From contig QZKY01000016.1 of NCBI GenBank assembly GCA_003605115.1, positions 109,776 through 173,775 of the forward strand: a DNA stretch of 64,000 nucleotides, read 5' to 3'. The notes beneath the pieces are model-generated. The model saw only the letters and a list, made by a program, of their open reading frames with translations. It was not told the DNA's origin and searched no databases. A program made the translations under genes and the position numbers. Each line of letters begins with the position of its first letter. Position 1 is the stretch's first letter. The stretch comes from Oxalobacter sp. GTDB lineage: Bacteria > Pseudomonadota > Gammaproteobacteria > Burkholderiales > Burkholderiaceae_D. Of the stretch, positions 49,017 to 59,002 are shown one piece after another.

Positions 49017-51620
49017 ATGCGTAACACAAACATGAACAGCAGCAAAATCAATCTGGATACTTTTTTGCCCCACATGCGTGACGTCAATCGCTGTGAACAG
49101 TCATTGCGCGAGTTGAGTTTGACCTGGCGGATGATCGAGGCTTCCGCCAAAATGAATTGCCCCGTCGAAGCACACGCCATCATCCCGACGATGGCGGCCA
49201 CCCGCGCAGGGTTTGATCGACTGGAACAAGAGTTGGTGAACAGTCTGGTACAGGAAAAAATTTCAAATGTGCTGGATGAAATTGGCACAAAAGCGCAAAA
49301 CGTGATTGACATTGTGGTGCGCAATTTATACGAGCGCACGGCCGATGTAGGTTTTTTGGCGACGGATCATGAGTTGTGTGCATACGTTGCGGGTTTGCAT
49401 GAGGATGCCGCAGCTATCCGAGAACGTTTGCAGGCTTATCGAAGAAAGTATACGGTGTACGATGAAATTTTATTGCTCGACACTTCGGGTAGCGTGCTGA
49501 TGCAAATCGATGACTACATGCAGGTCGAAGGCAGCAAGGACGCCTTGATCGCACAGACATTGATGGCGGATGATTATGTCGAGACTTTCCGTGCAACTGA
49601 CTTGCGTCCTGGTAAAAGAAAGGCGCTGATTTACTCACGAAAGATGCTGCATCCGGAAACAAACGAGGTTGTCGGGTTGTTGTGCTTGTCCTTCAATTTT
49701 GAGGAAGAGATGGCTGGCATTTTTCATTCGCACCGCGACCCGGCTGAACGTTCGAATATGTTGCTGCTAGATGGCAGCAATCGTGTGATTGCCAGTGCTG
49801 ATCCGTTATGGATGCCGCTTGGCGCACAAGTGCCGGTGAATCACGGGTCGACCCCTTTGCTGATGATGTTTGGCGGGAGAGAATATCTCGTACGTACCTT
49901 TTATACGGAAGGCTATCAAAACTATAAAGGCCCGCAAGGGTGGCAGGGGCAGGTGATGGTGCCGGTTGAAGTGGCCTTTATTGGCGCTGGCAGCAACGCA
50001 CTGTCAGGCATCGCACCGGAGGTGTCTGAAGGGTTGCTGTCCCATGCGCAAACGTTTTGTCCACCGCTTTATGCCATCATGAATGCAGCCGAGACAATAC
50101 GTCGTGTGGTGTGGAACGGGCAGGTCATGACGGCCGGACAGCAAGGCGATATGCTGAAACTGAAGACCGTGCTAGATCAAATCAGCGAAACCGGTGAGCG
50201 TAGTGACGAACTTTTCTCCCACTCCATTCGTGATCTTTATGAGACCGTCATTGGTTCCAGTATGCGCGATGCCGAGTTTGCGTCACACTTGCTGGTGGAT
50301 TTGCTGGATCGCAATTTGTACGAACGCGCCAACGATTGCCGCTGGTGGGCGTTGACACCTGCTCTGCGGGCGTTGCTCGCTTCGGACAACCGCAATAACG
50401 GGGCGGTGGATGAGGCGAGTGCGATTCTGAGTTACATCAATCAGTTGTATACGGTTTACACGCGTTTGTTCATCTATGATCGCAGTGGGCGCATCATCGC
50501 CAGCACGCATCCAGCTAGCAGGCAGGACATGTCTGATACCCATGCGCTCATGCTGGGAAAAGGCCACCAGGTCGGTGCTTCGATTGTCGGCTCCAACATC
50601 GATGAGTCGACGCTGCAATCCGTACTGGCACTGCGCACTGAACAAGACTATTACGTGACGCCTTTTGCAACGAACACACTGTATGAAGGTCGGCACACTT
50701 ATGTTTATCATGCTGCGATACGTCACCCTGACAGTGCATCCGTGGTCGGCGGCATAGGTATTGTGTTTGATGCCGAACCGGAATTTGAAGCCATGTTGCG
50801 TGGTGGTTTGGGCGATCGTTCAGGTGTCAACGCGTTTTTTATTGATCGTGGCGGCAGCATTATTTCAAGCACTGATCCTTCTCGGACGGTCGGCAGCAAG
50901 CTAGAAATCGATCCAGATTTATTGGCGATGCCAAACGATCAAAGTGCTTCACGCATCGTGTTGCACGACGGGCATTATGCGGTGATGGGTTGTACGGTGT
51001 CGAGCGGGTATCGGGAATTCAAGGTCTCCGATGCCTATGATGATGACGTGATTGCAGTTGTTTTCAAGAACTTCGGCGAAATTCGGAAGACGAACGCCGC
51101 TGGACAACGCCGGCATGAGTCAGTTCTGGTGGAAGAACATGGCCGACGCGAACCAGGAATTGAATTCGCCACCTTCTTTATCGACGACGACCTGTATGCC
51201 TTGCCTGCTGACAGCGTCAGGGAGGCCTTCCCCGGCTCGCACATCACCATCATGTCGATGGGTGAGCGCGCAGAATGCGTGGGCATGCTGGCTTTGCCGA
51301 ATGAAGTGATTTGGGTATTCGATCTGGGACATCTGATCCGCGGGACACAGTCCGTTATCGACAGCACCAGCCAAGTGTTGGTAGTGCAATATGGTGGATA
51401 CAAGGTGGGATTGTTGGTCACAGAATTGCATGGCGTGCCGGAATTCAGCGCGGCTCAAATCGTCCCGACGCCGCTGGCGCAATTGACAGATGGCATGCTC
51501 GTGCCAAGCGTTATCAAGGCAAACAACGGACGTCTGTTAATTCAAGCTATCGATATCATCTGCCTATTCAATCTCATGATGGTAGGGCAGGTTATTTCTG
51601 AACGGGAGAAAATCGGTTGA
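49017..51620 (+). CDS. Large soluble protein with two Cache-like repeats and a C-terminal CheW domain
   Basis: Internal duplication (RNLYERT..YTVYDE and RNLYERA..YTVYTR); CheW-like EFATF..VFDL..VGLLVTELHGV; no TM segment. Confidence 0.8.
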   Translation: MRNTNMNSSKINLDTFLPHMRDVNRCEQSLRELSLTWRMIEASAKMNCPVEAHAIIPTMAATRAGFDRLEQELVNSLVQEKISNVLDEIGTKAQNVIDIVVRNLYERTADVGFLATDHELCAYVAGLHEDAAAIRERLQAYRRKYTVYDEILLLDTSGSVLMQIDDYMQVEGSKDALIAQTLMADDYVETFRATDLRPGKRKALIYSRKMLHPETNEVVGLLCLSFNFEEEMAGIFHSHRDPAERSNMLLLDGSNRVIASADPLWMPLGAQVPVNHGSTPLLMMFGGREYLVRTFYTEGYQNYKGPQGWQGQVMVPVEVAFIGAGSNALSGIAPEVSEGLLSHAQTFCPPLYAIMNAAETIRRVVWNGQVMTAGQQGDMLKLKTVLDQISETGERSDELFSHSIRDLYETVIGSSMRDAEFASHLLVDLLDRNLYERANDCRWWALTPALRALLASDNRNNGAVDEASAILSYINQLYTVYTRLFIYDRSGRIIASTHPASRQDMSDTHALMLGKGHQVGASIVGSNIDESTLQSVLALRTEQDYYVTPFATNTLYEGRHTYVYHAAIRHPDSASVVGGIGIVFDAEPEFEAMLRGGLGDRSGVNAFFIDRGGSIISSTDPSRTVGSKLEIDPDLLAMPNDQSASRIVLHDGHYAVMGCTVSSGYREFKVSDAYDDDVIAVVFKNFGEIRKTNAAGQRRHESVLVEEHGRREPGIEFATFFIDDDLYALPADSVREAFPGSHITIMSMGERAECVGMLALPNEVIWVFDLGHLIRGTQSVIDSTSQVLVVQYGGYKVGLLVTELHGVPEFSAAQIVPTPLAQLTDGMLVPSVIKANNGRLLIQAIDIICLFNLMMVGQVISEREKIG

Positions 51621-51706
51621 GTTGATTGCCTGTTGCCGAACGACTGCGATTGTGGCATAAAGACGGTGCGATTGATGCTGTTTTTTATGTTGACGGATGC
51701 TAATGG

Positions 51707-52201
51707 GTGGTTCGGGTGAAACGGAAATCTTATTATTCTCATATATTGCTGGACGATGTGGCAAAGGAAAAGCTGATTGCCGTGATGATGTATGGGAATA
51801 ACAAGGCGCAGTCGATGGGGTTTTTCCGCACGGCGATTGGTTTGTATTACCTCTCCAAGATCATGGTTGAGGATGAGCTCGACTTCAGGGCAATCGACAA
51901 GGCATTCAACCGGTTTATCTTTAAGGTCATCGGTCGTGGACACAGCATTACCAGCATTTTACAATTCCTGGGCAGCAAAAAAGTGTTGTGGGTGCTCGAT
52001 TCGAAATCCTTCGTCCCCACCTTCCTGAATTATTTTTCGGACATCTCATTTTCGAAAATGCAGATCCTGCTCACGGTGAACCTGAACGTTTCGAAAAAAA
52101 TCTCCAAGCTGTCGATTGATGGGCCATTGAAAGACTGGTTGATCAAGCAAAGCAGTGCCGAGGCACTGCAGTCGCTTCAGGATAATACGGAAGTGAAATA
52201 G
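51707..52201 (+). CDS. Hypothetical protein
   Basis: 164-codon ORF filling the gap, with plausible composition; no family recognised; start uncertain. Confidence 0.6.
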   Translation: MVRVKRKSYYSHILLDDVAKEKLIAVMMYGNNKAQSMGFFRTAIGLYYLSKIMVEDELDFRAIDKAFNRFIFKVIGRGHSITSILQFLGSKKVLWVLDSKSFVPTFLNYFSDISFSKMQILLTVNLNVSKKISKLSIDGPLKDWLIKQSSAEALQSLQDNTEVK

Positions 52202-52224
52202 CGCGGAACGGTTGTTCAGTACTT

Positions 52225-53883
52225 CTACATGTTGGGATAATTCGGCCCACCCCCACCTTCCGGCGCAATCCAGACGATGTTTTGTTTCGGATCCTTGATG
52301 TCGCAGGTTTTGCAGTGCACGCAGTTGGATGCGTTGATTTGCAGACGATTCTGGCCGTCCGCGCCTTTCACAAACTCATATACGCCCGCTGGACAATAGC
52401 GGGCTTCCAGTCCTGCATAAAGAGCGAGGTTCACGCTGACGGGGATTGTTGCATCTTTCAGCGTCAGGTGGCTCGGTTGATCTTCCTCGTGCATCGTGTT
52501 TGACAGATATACGGAGGACATCAAATCGAAGGTCAGTTGATTGTCTGGTTTGGGATAAGCAATCGGTTGGCATTCGGAAGCAGGACGCGTGGTTTCGTGG
52601 TCGGCGCGGCTGCGATGCAGCGTCCACGGCGCGCGACCGCGCAACAGGACTTGATCAATGCCGACCAGGAGCGAACCAAGTTTCGTCCCCGCGCTCATCA
52701 AGGGTTTGAAGTTGCGGCCGCGATAAAGCTCTTCATGCAACCATGATTGCTTGAAGCGTTCGGTGTAGCCTGTCAGCGTGTCGTTCGCGCGCTCGGCGGT
52801 GAGCGCGTCGAAGACGGCTTCGGCAGTCAGTATGCCGGACTGCATCGCAGTGTGAATGCCTTTCATGCGACTGCCGTTCATGAATCCGGCTTCACAACCG
52901 ATCAATGCACCACCGGGGAAAGCCAGTTCGGGCAGGGCTTGCAGACCGCCAGCTGCCACTACGCGTGCGCCGTAGGCAATGCGTTTGCCGCCTTCCAGAT
53001 GTTTGCGGATGGCTGGATGGGTTTTGAAACATTGAAATGCTTCGAACGGCGAGAGATAGGGATTTTGATACGAGAGGCCGACGAAGTAACCGATGGCGAT
53101 TTGATTATTTGCCAGGTGATATAGAAAGGATCCGCCATACGTCTTGTCGTCGAGCGGCCAGCCAAGCGAATGCAATGCCAGACCCGGACGATGTTGCGCG
53201 CCGGGTATTTCCCACAATTCCTTGATGCCAAGACTGTAAGCTTGCGGATCACGTCCTGCATCCAGTTGGTATTGTTTAATCAGTGTCCTTCCCAGATGGC
53301 CGCGCGCGCCTTCCGCGAAGAGGGTGTATTTGGCGTGGACTTCCATACCCAACTGAAAAGACGCCTTCGGCGTGCCATCGTGCCCAATGCCCATGTTGCC
53401 GGTGGCGACGCCTTTCACTGAACCATCGTTGTGATACAGGACTTCTGCTGCTGCAAAGCCGGGGAAAATGTCCACGCCCAGTGCTTCCGCTTCTTGTCCC
53501 AGCCAGCGCGTCAGTTCACCCAGCGAGGCCATGTAGTTGCCGTGATTGCGGAAAACGCCAGGCAGCGCCCAATTGGGGGTGCGCATGGCAGCGTTCTGGG
53601 TCAAAAAGAGAAAGTGGTCTTCGGTTACGGGCACCGTGAGCGGCGCACCGCGTGATTGCCAGTCCGGAAATAATGCCGTGAGTGCGACAGGGTCAACGAT
53701 GGCACCGGAAAGAATGTGTGCCCCGACTGCTGCGCCTTTTTCCAGTACGCAAATCGAAATGTCTTTGCTGGCGTGTGCAGCCATTTGCTTCAACTTGATG
53801 GCGGCAGAAAGTCCGGCTGCGCCTGCACCGACCACAAGCACATCGTATTCCATCGATTCGCGAGAGCCCCAATGCTGTGTCAT
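52225..53883 (-). CDS. Electron transfer flavoprotein-ubiquinone oxidoreductase
   Basis: VGAGAAG, GAHILSG, CPAGVYE and NCVHCKTCDIKDP. Confidence 0.96.
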   Translation of the reverse strand: MTQHWGSRESMEYDVLVVGAGAAGLSAAIKLKQMAAHASKDISICVLEKGAAVGAHILSGAIVDPVALTALFPDWQSRGAPLTVPVTEDHFLFLTQNAAMRTPNWALPGVFRNHGNYMASLGELTRWLGQEAEALGVDIFPGFAAAEVLYHNDGSVKGVATGNMGIGHDGTPKASFQLGMEVHAKYTLFAEGARGHLGRTLIKQYQLDAGRDPQAYSLGIKELWEIPGAQHRPGLALHSLGWPLDDKTYGGSFLYHLANNQIAIGYFVGLSYQNPYLSPFEAFQCFKTHPAIRKHLEGGKRIAYGARVVAAGGLQALPELAFPGGALIGCEAGFMNGSRMKGIHTAMQSGILTAEAVFDALTAERANDTLTGYTERFKQSWLHEELYRGRNFKPLMSAGTKLGSLLVGIDQVLLRGRAPWTLHRSRADHETTRPASECQPIAYPKPDNQLTFDLMSSVYLSNTMHEEDQPSHLTLKDATIPVSVNLALYAGLEARYCPAGVYEFVKGADGQNRLQINASNCVHCKTCDIKDPKQNIVWIAPEGGGGPNYPNM

Positions 53884-54117
53884 TTTTATCCAATGTGCGG
53901 TGTTGTTTTGGGTGAAGGCGTAATGATAGCGTTTCTGGCAAAGATTGCAGTGGGTCGACATCCCGGTGTTTTGTAGGGATATGACAGCAGGAGGCGAAGA
54001 TAAAAAGCCTTTTCAAGGAAGGCTTGTTCGCCTGGGTTCGGGATATACTGCGCAACAGGAGCCGAAGCCCATTCCTCGGGGTGCGGCATTGGTATGACAC
54101 GATCGGGTGGGTATGTT

Positions 54118-54525
54118 ATGAAGAAAGAAAAAAGACTGGTCTATGTGGCGAACATTCCCATACGTTGGGGCGATATGGATGCCATGGGACATGTCAACAA
54201 TACGGTCTATTTCCGATTCATGGAACAGGCGCGGATCGAATGGTATACCGAGCTGGGGCGTGTGCGGGAGCAAGGCGTGATAGAAGCGGTGCTGGCCAGT
54301 GTGCATTGCACCTTCTTTCGTCCGCTGCATTATCCGGGTATGGTCGAAGTGCGCACTTACGCTGGTTCGCCGGGGCGCTCCAGTTTCGAAATTAGCCAGG
54401 AAATCCGTCGCACCGACGATCCTGATACGATTTATGCGGCAGGTGGCGCACGGGTAGTGTGGGTCGATCATCAAACCGGCAAGTCTGTGCCGATACCGGA
54501 GGAAGTGCGCGCCCTGATTGTTTGA
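54118..54525 (+). CDS. Acyl-CoA thioesterase (4HBT family)
   Basis: RWGDMDAMGHVNN motif. Confidence 0.92.
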   Translation: MKKEKRLVYVANIPIRWGDMDAMGHVNNTVYFRFMEQARIEWYTELGRVREQGVIEAVLASVHCTFFRPLHYPGMVEVRTYAGSPGRSSFEISQEIRRTDDPDTIYAAGGARVVWVDHQTGKSVPIPEEVRALIV

Positions 54526-54549
54526 TGGGATTGATGGTGAGGAGGCGAC

Positions 54550-55299
54550 ATGAAACCAGTGAAGTCTTTATCCAGTAAATGTCTGATGGGGTGTTTGTTT
54601 GGTTTGTTGCTTCTGGCGGGTTGCAAGGGCGAGTCGTCCAAACCTGCCAAGAGCGCTGCGGCAGCAGTCAAGGCTTCCGCAGAGGCTTCGGTGGCAGCTT
54701 CATTAGCCGCTTCTGTCGCACCGGCAGTGGGTGTCGCGCTACCGCCGCCAAAAACCACGGGCGGCAAACCACTGATGCAAGCACTCAGCGAACGTCGCAC
54801 GGTACGCGAATACGATAGCAAGATGCTGTCGCCGCAAACGATGTCGAATCTATTGTGGGCTGCTTTCGGCGTCAACCGTCCGAAAGAAAAAGGACGCACC
54901 GCGCCTTCTGCGCATGACGTACAAGAGATCAGCATTTACGTCGTTACCGAAAAGGGCGTCTCTTTATACGATCCTTTCGCCAATCGCCTTGTACACGTCA
55001 GCAATCAGGATATTCGCGCCTTGACCGGCAAGCAGGATTTTGTCATAACCGCGTCGGTGAATCTGGTGTATGTGTCGGATCACATCAAGTTGGCTGATGA
55101 CCCCGAGGAATACCGCAGATTTTATTCAGCAACTGATACGGGTTTTATCAGTCAGAATGTTTATCTGTTTTGCGCATCCGAAGGATTGGTGACCATGGTG
55201 CGCGCGTACATCGATCTTCCCGCACTGTCCAAGGCGCTGGGGCTGAAGAAAAATCAGCACATCATCCTGGCGCAGTCGGTAGGGTATCCCAAAAAATAA
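54550..55299 (+). CDS. Nitroreductase/SagB-like flavoprotein with lipoprotein signal
   Basis: LLLAGC lipobox, Ala-rich linker, RRTVREY, RTAPSA and SQNVYL. Confidence 0.82.
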   Translation: MKPVKSLSSKCLMGCLFGLLLLAGCKGESSKPAKSAAAAVKASAEASVAASLAASVAPAVGVALPPPKTTGGKPLMQALSERRTVREYDSKMLSPQTMSNLLWAAFGVNRPKEKGRTAPSAHDVQEISIYVVTEKGVSLYDPFANRLVHVSNQDIRALTGKQDFVITASVNLVYVSDHIKLADDPEEYRRFYSATDTGFISQNVYLFCASEGLVTMVRAYIDLPALSKALGLKKNQHIILAQSVGYPKK

Positions 55300-55300
55300 T

Positions 55301-55338
55301 GAGGGTCAGAGTCAAATGACGCATTTGACTCGCCCCCC
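55301..55338. repeat. Short copy of the GGGTCAGAGTC hairpin repeat between convergent genes
   Basis: GAGGGTCAGAGTCAAATG-ACG-CATTTGACTCGCCCC. Confidence 0.75.
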
Positions 55339-55343
55339 CAATT

Positions 55344-56492
55344 TTATTGACTCAAGCCCCGCGCATCCACTTTCCAAATACATTCCACGACGTTTTTGCG
55401 GAAGCCGATGAACTGGTCATATAAATTCACCGTCGGATCGCAATGACCGGGAATCAGCAGAATTCTTTCCCCCAGACGGTCATGCCTATCGACATTCAAT
55501 ATTTCCAGAATGCCGTGCTCGTCGTTCGCTGCGATGTATTGAAGCGTGTGTGGCGCATGCACCATCGGCATGCCGGAATCGACCGCCAGTCCCTTGAGAC
55601 CTACGTCGCAAACGGCACGGCCTTCACGTGCGGTGCTCATGATCGTGGTCGCGATGAAAAGGGCATTTTGAAATTGCAAGTCGCCATGCCACTCCAGTGA
55701 TCCATAGTGCTTGTCCATGAATGCATAGGAACCTGGTTGCAGTTCAGTGTAAACGCCACTTGCTGCATCAAATTCGGCACACCCCGTTCCACTGCCCGTG
55801 ACGGTGGCGCAACGTACGCCGCGTGTGTCCAGGTATCGTACGTAGGCTGCGGTTGCATCGGCAGCGCGTTGCGCAGCGGCTTTGCGGTCATTCCAGGAAG
55901 CGTTATGTTGCGCACCGCCATGGTATGCCTGAATGCCGCCGAAGTGCAGCATGTCATATGCTGCGATGCTGGAAACTAAATGCATCAGGTCGTCAGGCGT
56001 GGATACGCCGCATCGACCCTGGCCGATATCTACCTCCGGCAAAACGGTCAGACGGTTGCCGGAGGCTTTGGCCGCTTCACCGAGTGCGGTGATTTGTGCA
56101 GGGTGATCCACGCAGACGGTGAGATCAATGTACCGCGACAATTCAATCGCCATGGCCACTTTATCTGCGCCTACGAACTGGTTGCTGATCAGGATATTGC
56201 GCACACCCGCCGCAGCAAATGGGTAAGCTTCCGAGAGCTTCTGGCAGCAGATGCCGATGGCACCGCGCGCAATTTGCGCCTCCGCAATGGCGACTGATTT
56301 ATGCGCTTTGGCGTGCGGGCGCAACTTGATCTTGTGACGCGCCGCCCAATCAGCCATGCCTTGCAGGTTGGATTCAAACGCATCCAGATCCAGCAGCATC
56401 GCGGGCGTGGCGACGGTGCTCAGGGGGCGACCAATTTCGACAGGTGCAGGCGGTCTCAGTGTGCTCGGTATGTTTTGCAAGAAAGTCTCCAT
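55344..56492 (-). CDS. DSD1-family PLP-dependent enzyme (D-threonine aldolase / 3-hydroxy-D-aspartate aldolase-like)
   Basis: LRPHAKAHK (PLP Lys), GRCG, QAYHG, DEHG and PGHCDPT. Confidence 0.88.
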   Translation of the reverse strand: METFLQNIPSTLRPPAPVEIGRPLSTVATPAMLLDLDAFESNLQGMADWAARHKIKLRPHAKAHKSVAIAEAQIARGAIGICCQKLSEAYPFAAAGVRNILISNQFVGADKVAMAIELSRYIDLTVCVDHPAQITALGEAAKASGNRLTVLPEVDIGQGRCGVSTPDDLMHLVSSIAAYDMLHFGGIQAYHGGAQHNASWNDRKAAAQRAADATAAYVRYLDTRGVRCATVTGSGTGCAEFDAASGVYTELQPGSYAFMDKHYGSLEWHGDLQFQNALFIATTIMSTAREGRAVCDVGLKGLAVDSGMPMVHAPHTLQYIAANDEHGILEILNVDRHDRLGERILLIPGHCDPTVNLYDQFIGFRKNVVECIWKVDARGLSQ

Positions 56493-56743
56493 TGTGGGCA
56501 AGTGTGGCTGATTTGCTAGTTATTTGTGCGTTTTCTCAACGCAACATTTTGAATTCTAAAGAAAGATAAGCTGACAAGTCAGCATTATCTGCATGGGTCA
56601 GACAAAAGATGCCTTTGAAGCAATAAAAATGCCAAATAAAAAATTGCCCCATGGAAATGTGCGTGTAATAATGTGCCGAGAAGATAGGCAGAGGGGCGGC
56701 TCATCTATGAGTGATGTCCAACAATAAGGGCGAATAGGGCTGC

Positions 56744-56987
56744 ATGCGCACAATACCTCGTTCATCGGCATTTACGGGTGTGTTCCTCTCCAGGCTGCTC
56801 GCCCTGATATGTGGCGCCTGTTTTTTCCTTTCCGGCGCCTTTGCGCAAACAAAACCGGTTTCCATCGAAAGAGTTGAACAGCAGTGATGACATAAAACGC
56901 GCTATTGCAGAAAACAAGGAAGCTATTGGATACATAGAAGTCGAGGCTATCGACGCCAGCCTAAAGGCTGTATTGGTAGTGCCCTAA
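56744..56987 (+). pseudogene. Internally deleted, frameshifted remnant of a small periplasmic PBP-like protein
   Basis: Signal peptide ORF 56744-56887 (..GAFAQ); another frame encodes PSKELNSSDDIKRAIAENKEAIGYIEVEAIDASLKAVLVVP-stop. Confidence 0.6.
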
Positions 56988-57002
56988 GAGAATAATTGAA
57001 AG

Positions 57003-58937
57003 ATGAAGAAATTCTTGCCAGATTCCGCTCGCAAAAAAACACTTTTGCTTTTGGCAGAAGCGCATGTCATGTTTCAAGTGGCTGCGATTCTGATCCTGGC
57101 TATATTTTGGGTGGGGATCATTCAGTTGGTGCGGTACGAAGACATAGACGGCGAAAAAAAGGCGATCGAGACCTCACGCGAGCTCGTCGATATGTATGAG
57201 TCCCATATGATGCGCAACTTGGGATTTATCGATCAGACGCTCAAAGTAGTGAAATATGCCTACGAGCAGCGGGGCAGCGCGGGTGTGCTGGCAGCCTTGG
57301 AAAAAAGGGAAATACTGCCGCCCAAGTTGGTTTTCACCGTCAGCATTCTTAACCGTGCAGGCGACGTGGTCGCCAGTACCGCAAAGACGCGACAGCCTTC
57401 CATGGCCGGGCAGGCGTTTTTCCACACGCACACCCGAGGCGATTCAGTCAGGCCAAGCATTAACCTGGTCAAAGATGAATCGATGGGGCGGAGGATTCAG
57501 TTTAGCCGACGACTTAATACCGCGAATGGCGCATTTAACGGCGTGGTCATGGTTTCCGTCGAACCGGATTTTTTTACCAGCGACTATGATCCTGCAGCGT
57601 ATGGTCAGCAAGGCTTGATGGGCATGGTCGGAACCAATGGCGTGTATTGGGCAAAGCGAACCGGGGATCAGGTCGTGGCAGGGGAACCGGCATTCAAGAT
57701 CATGACGGATCTCAGTGTGGTTGAAGATCAAAAGAATCCCTTGCCGGAGCTGCATTTCGTAGACAACGTCAAGCGCTTCGCGAGCGCAAAGCGATTGCAC
57801 GGGTATCCATTAGCGATTGTTGTTGGACTATCCACGTCAGAACAAATGGCGGCGGCCAAGGCAAAAAAAGAAACCTATCTGTGGGCGGCAGGCATCATCA
57901 GCAGCTTGTTCGCGGCGCTTGCCATTTTTGTGACGCGCCTGCTTGTGCAATTGAATCTAAGCCAGAAGCGTTCACGGAAAAATCAAGAAACTTATTACGC
58001 AGCGTCCGAGGCCAGCAGCGACGGCATTTATGTGTTGCGCGCACTAAAAGATCAGGCGGGTATGGTGACTGATTTTGTCATCGATGATTTAAACCAGCGT
58101 GGCGCCGCGCTGCTTGGAAAGTTCAAGGAAGATTTGATTGGTCAGAAAATCAGCGACCAGATGCCGCAGAGCCGAAACAATGGCTTGCTGGAAGCCTTGC
58201 TTGAGGTGTACAAAACCGGCGAGAAACACGAATCCGAGTGGAAGAAAAGCATACCCGCGCTGGGTATTGAGTGGATGCATCGCGAAATAGTGCGTGTGGA
58301 AGAGGGTGTGGTGGCGGTGACTCGCGACATTACCGATCGTAAGCGTACGGAAGAGCGTATCACGCACATGGCGCATCACGACACGCTTACCGGCTTGCCG
58401 AACCGCAGCCTGCTGAATGAAAGGCTGCAACAGGCGATTTTGCGTGCCAAGCGTGACAATCGTCATGTGACGGTGGCCTTCGTGGATCTGGATAATTTCA
58501 AACCCATTAACGACACGCTCGGGCATCGCGTGGGCGATGAATTGTTGAAGACGCTGGCTGCCCGCATGAGTCAATGCGTACGCCAGACAGATTCAATCAT
58601 TCGGCTTGGTGGCGATGAATTTCTGATTATTCTCGGTGACCAACCGGATGACCATGGCGTGTTGACACAAACCCTACAAAGAATCAGGACATCCATTACC
58701 CAGCCGATATACTTCGAAGGGAACAAGCTCATGGTGACTTCCAGCATGGGCTTGGCGCGCTATCCTGAAGACGCGGAAGATACCGCTACGCTCGTACAAA
58801 AAGCGGATACGGCGATGTATTATGCGAAAATGTCGGGGCGCGATACGTATCAATACTACACAGAGGGCATGAAGATGCATGGCGAGCTGGGGGCTGTCGC
58901 GAGCCAAGACGAGGGGACAGACGAAAAGAAAGCGTGA
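57003..58937 (+). CDS. Membrane sensor diguanylate cyclase (Cache-PAS-GGDEF)
   Basis: Two TM segments around a Cache-like domain, RDITDRK, HDTLTGLPNR and GGDEF. Confidence 0.92.
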   Translation: MKKFLPDSARKKTLLLLAEAHVMFQVAAILILAIFWVGIIQLVRYEDIDGEKKAIETSRELVDMYESHMMRNLGFIDQTLKVVKYAYEQRGSAGVLAALEKREILPPKLVFTVSILNRAGDVVASTAKTRQPSMAGQAFFHTHTRGDSVRPSINLVKDESMGRRIQFSRRLNTANGAFNGVVMVSVEPDFFTSDYDPAAYGQQGLMGMVGTNGVYWAKRTGDQVVAGEPAFKIMTDLSVVEDQKNPLPELHFVDNVKRFASAKRLHGYPLAIVVGLSTSEQMAAAKAKKETYLWAAGIISSLFAALAIFVTRLLVQLNLSQKRSRKNQETYYAASEASSDGIYVLRALKDQAGMVTDFVIDDLNQRGAALLGKFKEDLIGQKISDQMPQSRNNGLLEALLEVYKTGEKHESEWKKSIPALGIEWMHREIVRVEEGVVAVTRDITDRKRTEERITHMAHHDTLTGLPNRSLLNERLQQAILRAKRDNRHVTVAFVDLDNFKPINDTLGHRVGDELLKTLAARMSQCVRQTDSIIRLGGDEFLIILGDQPDDHGVLTQTLQRIRTSITQPIYFEGNKLMVTSSMGLARYPEDAEDTATLVQKADTAMYYAKMSGRDTYQYYTEGMKMHGELGAVASQDEGTDEKKA

Positions 58938-59002
58938 TGGCGACTCCGGGCGATCGACGGGGTGCCTTGCGTTTTCGCATACACACATCAAAGGAGAAGA
59001 CA

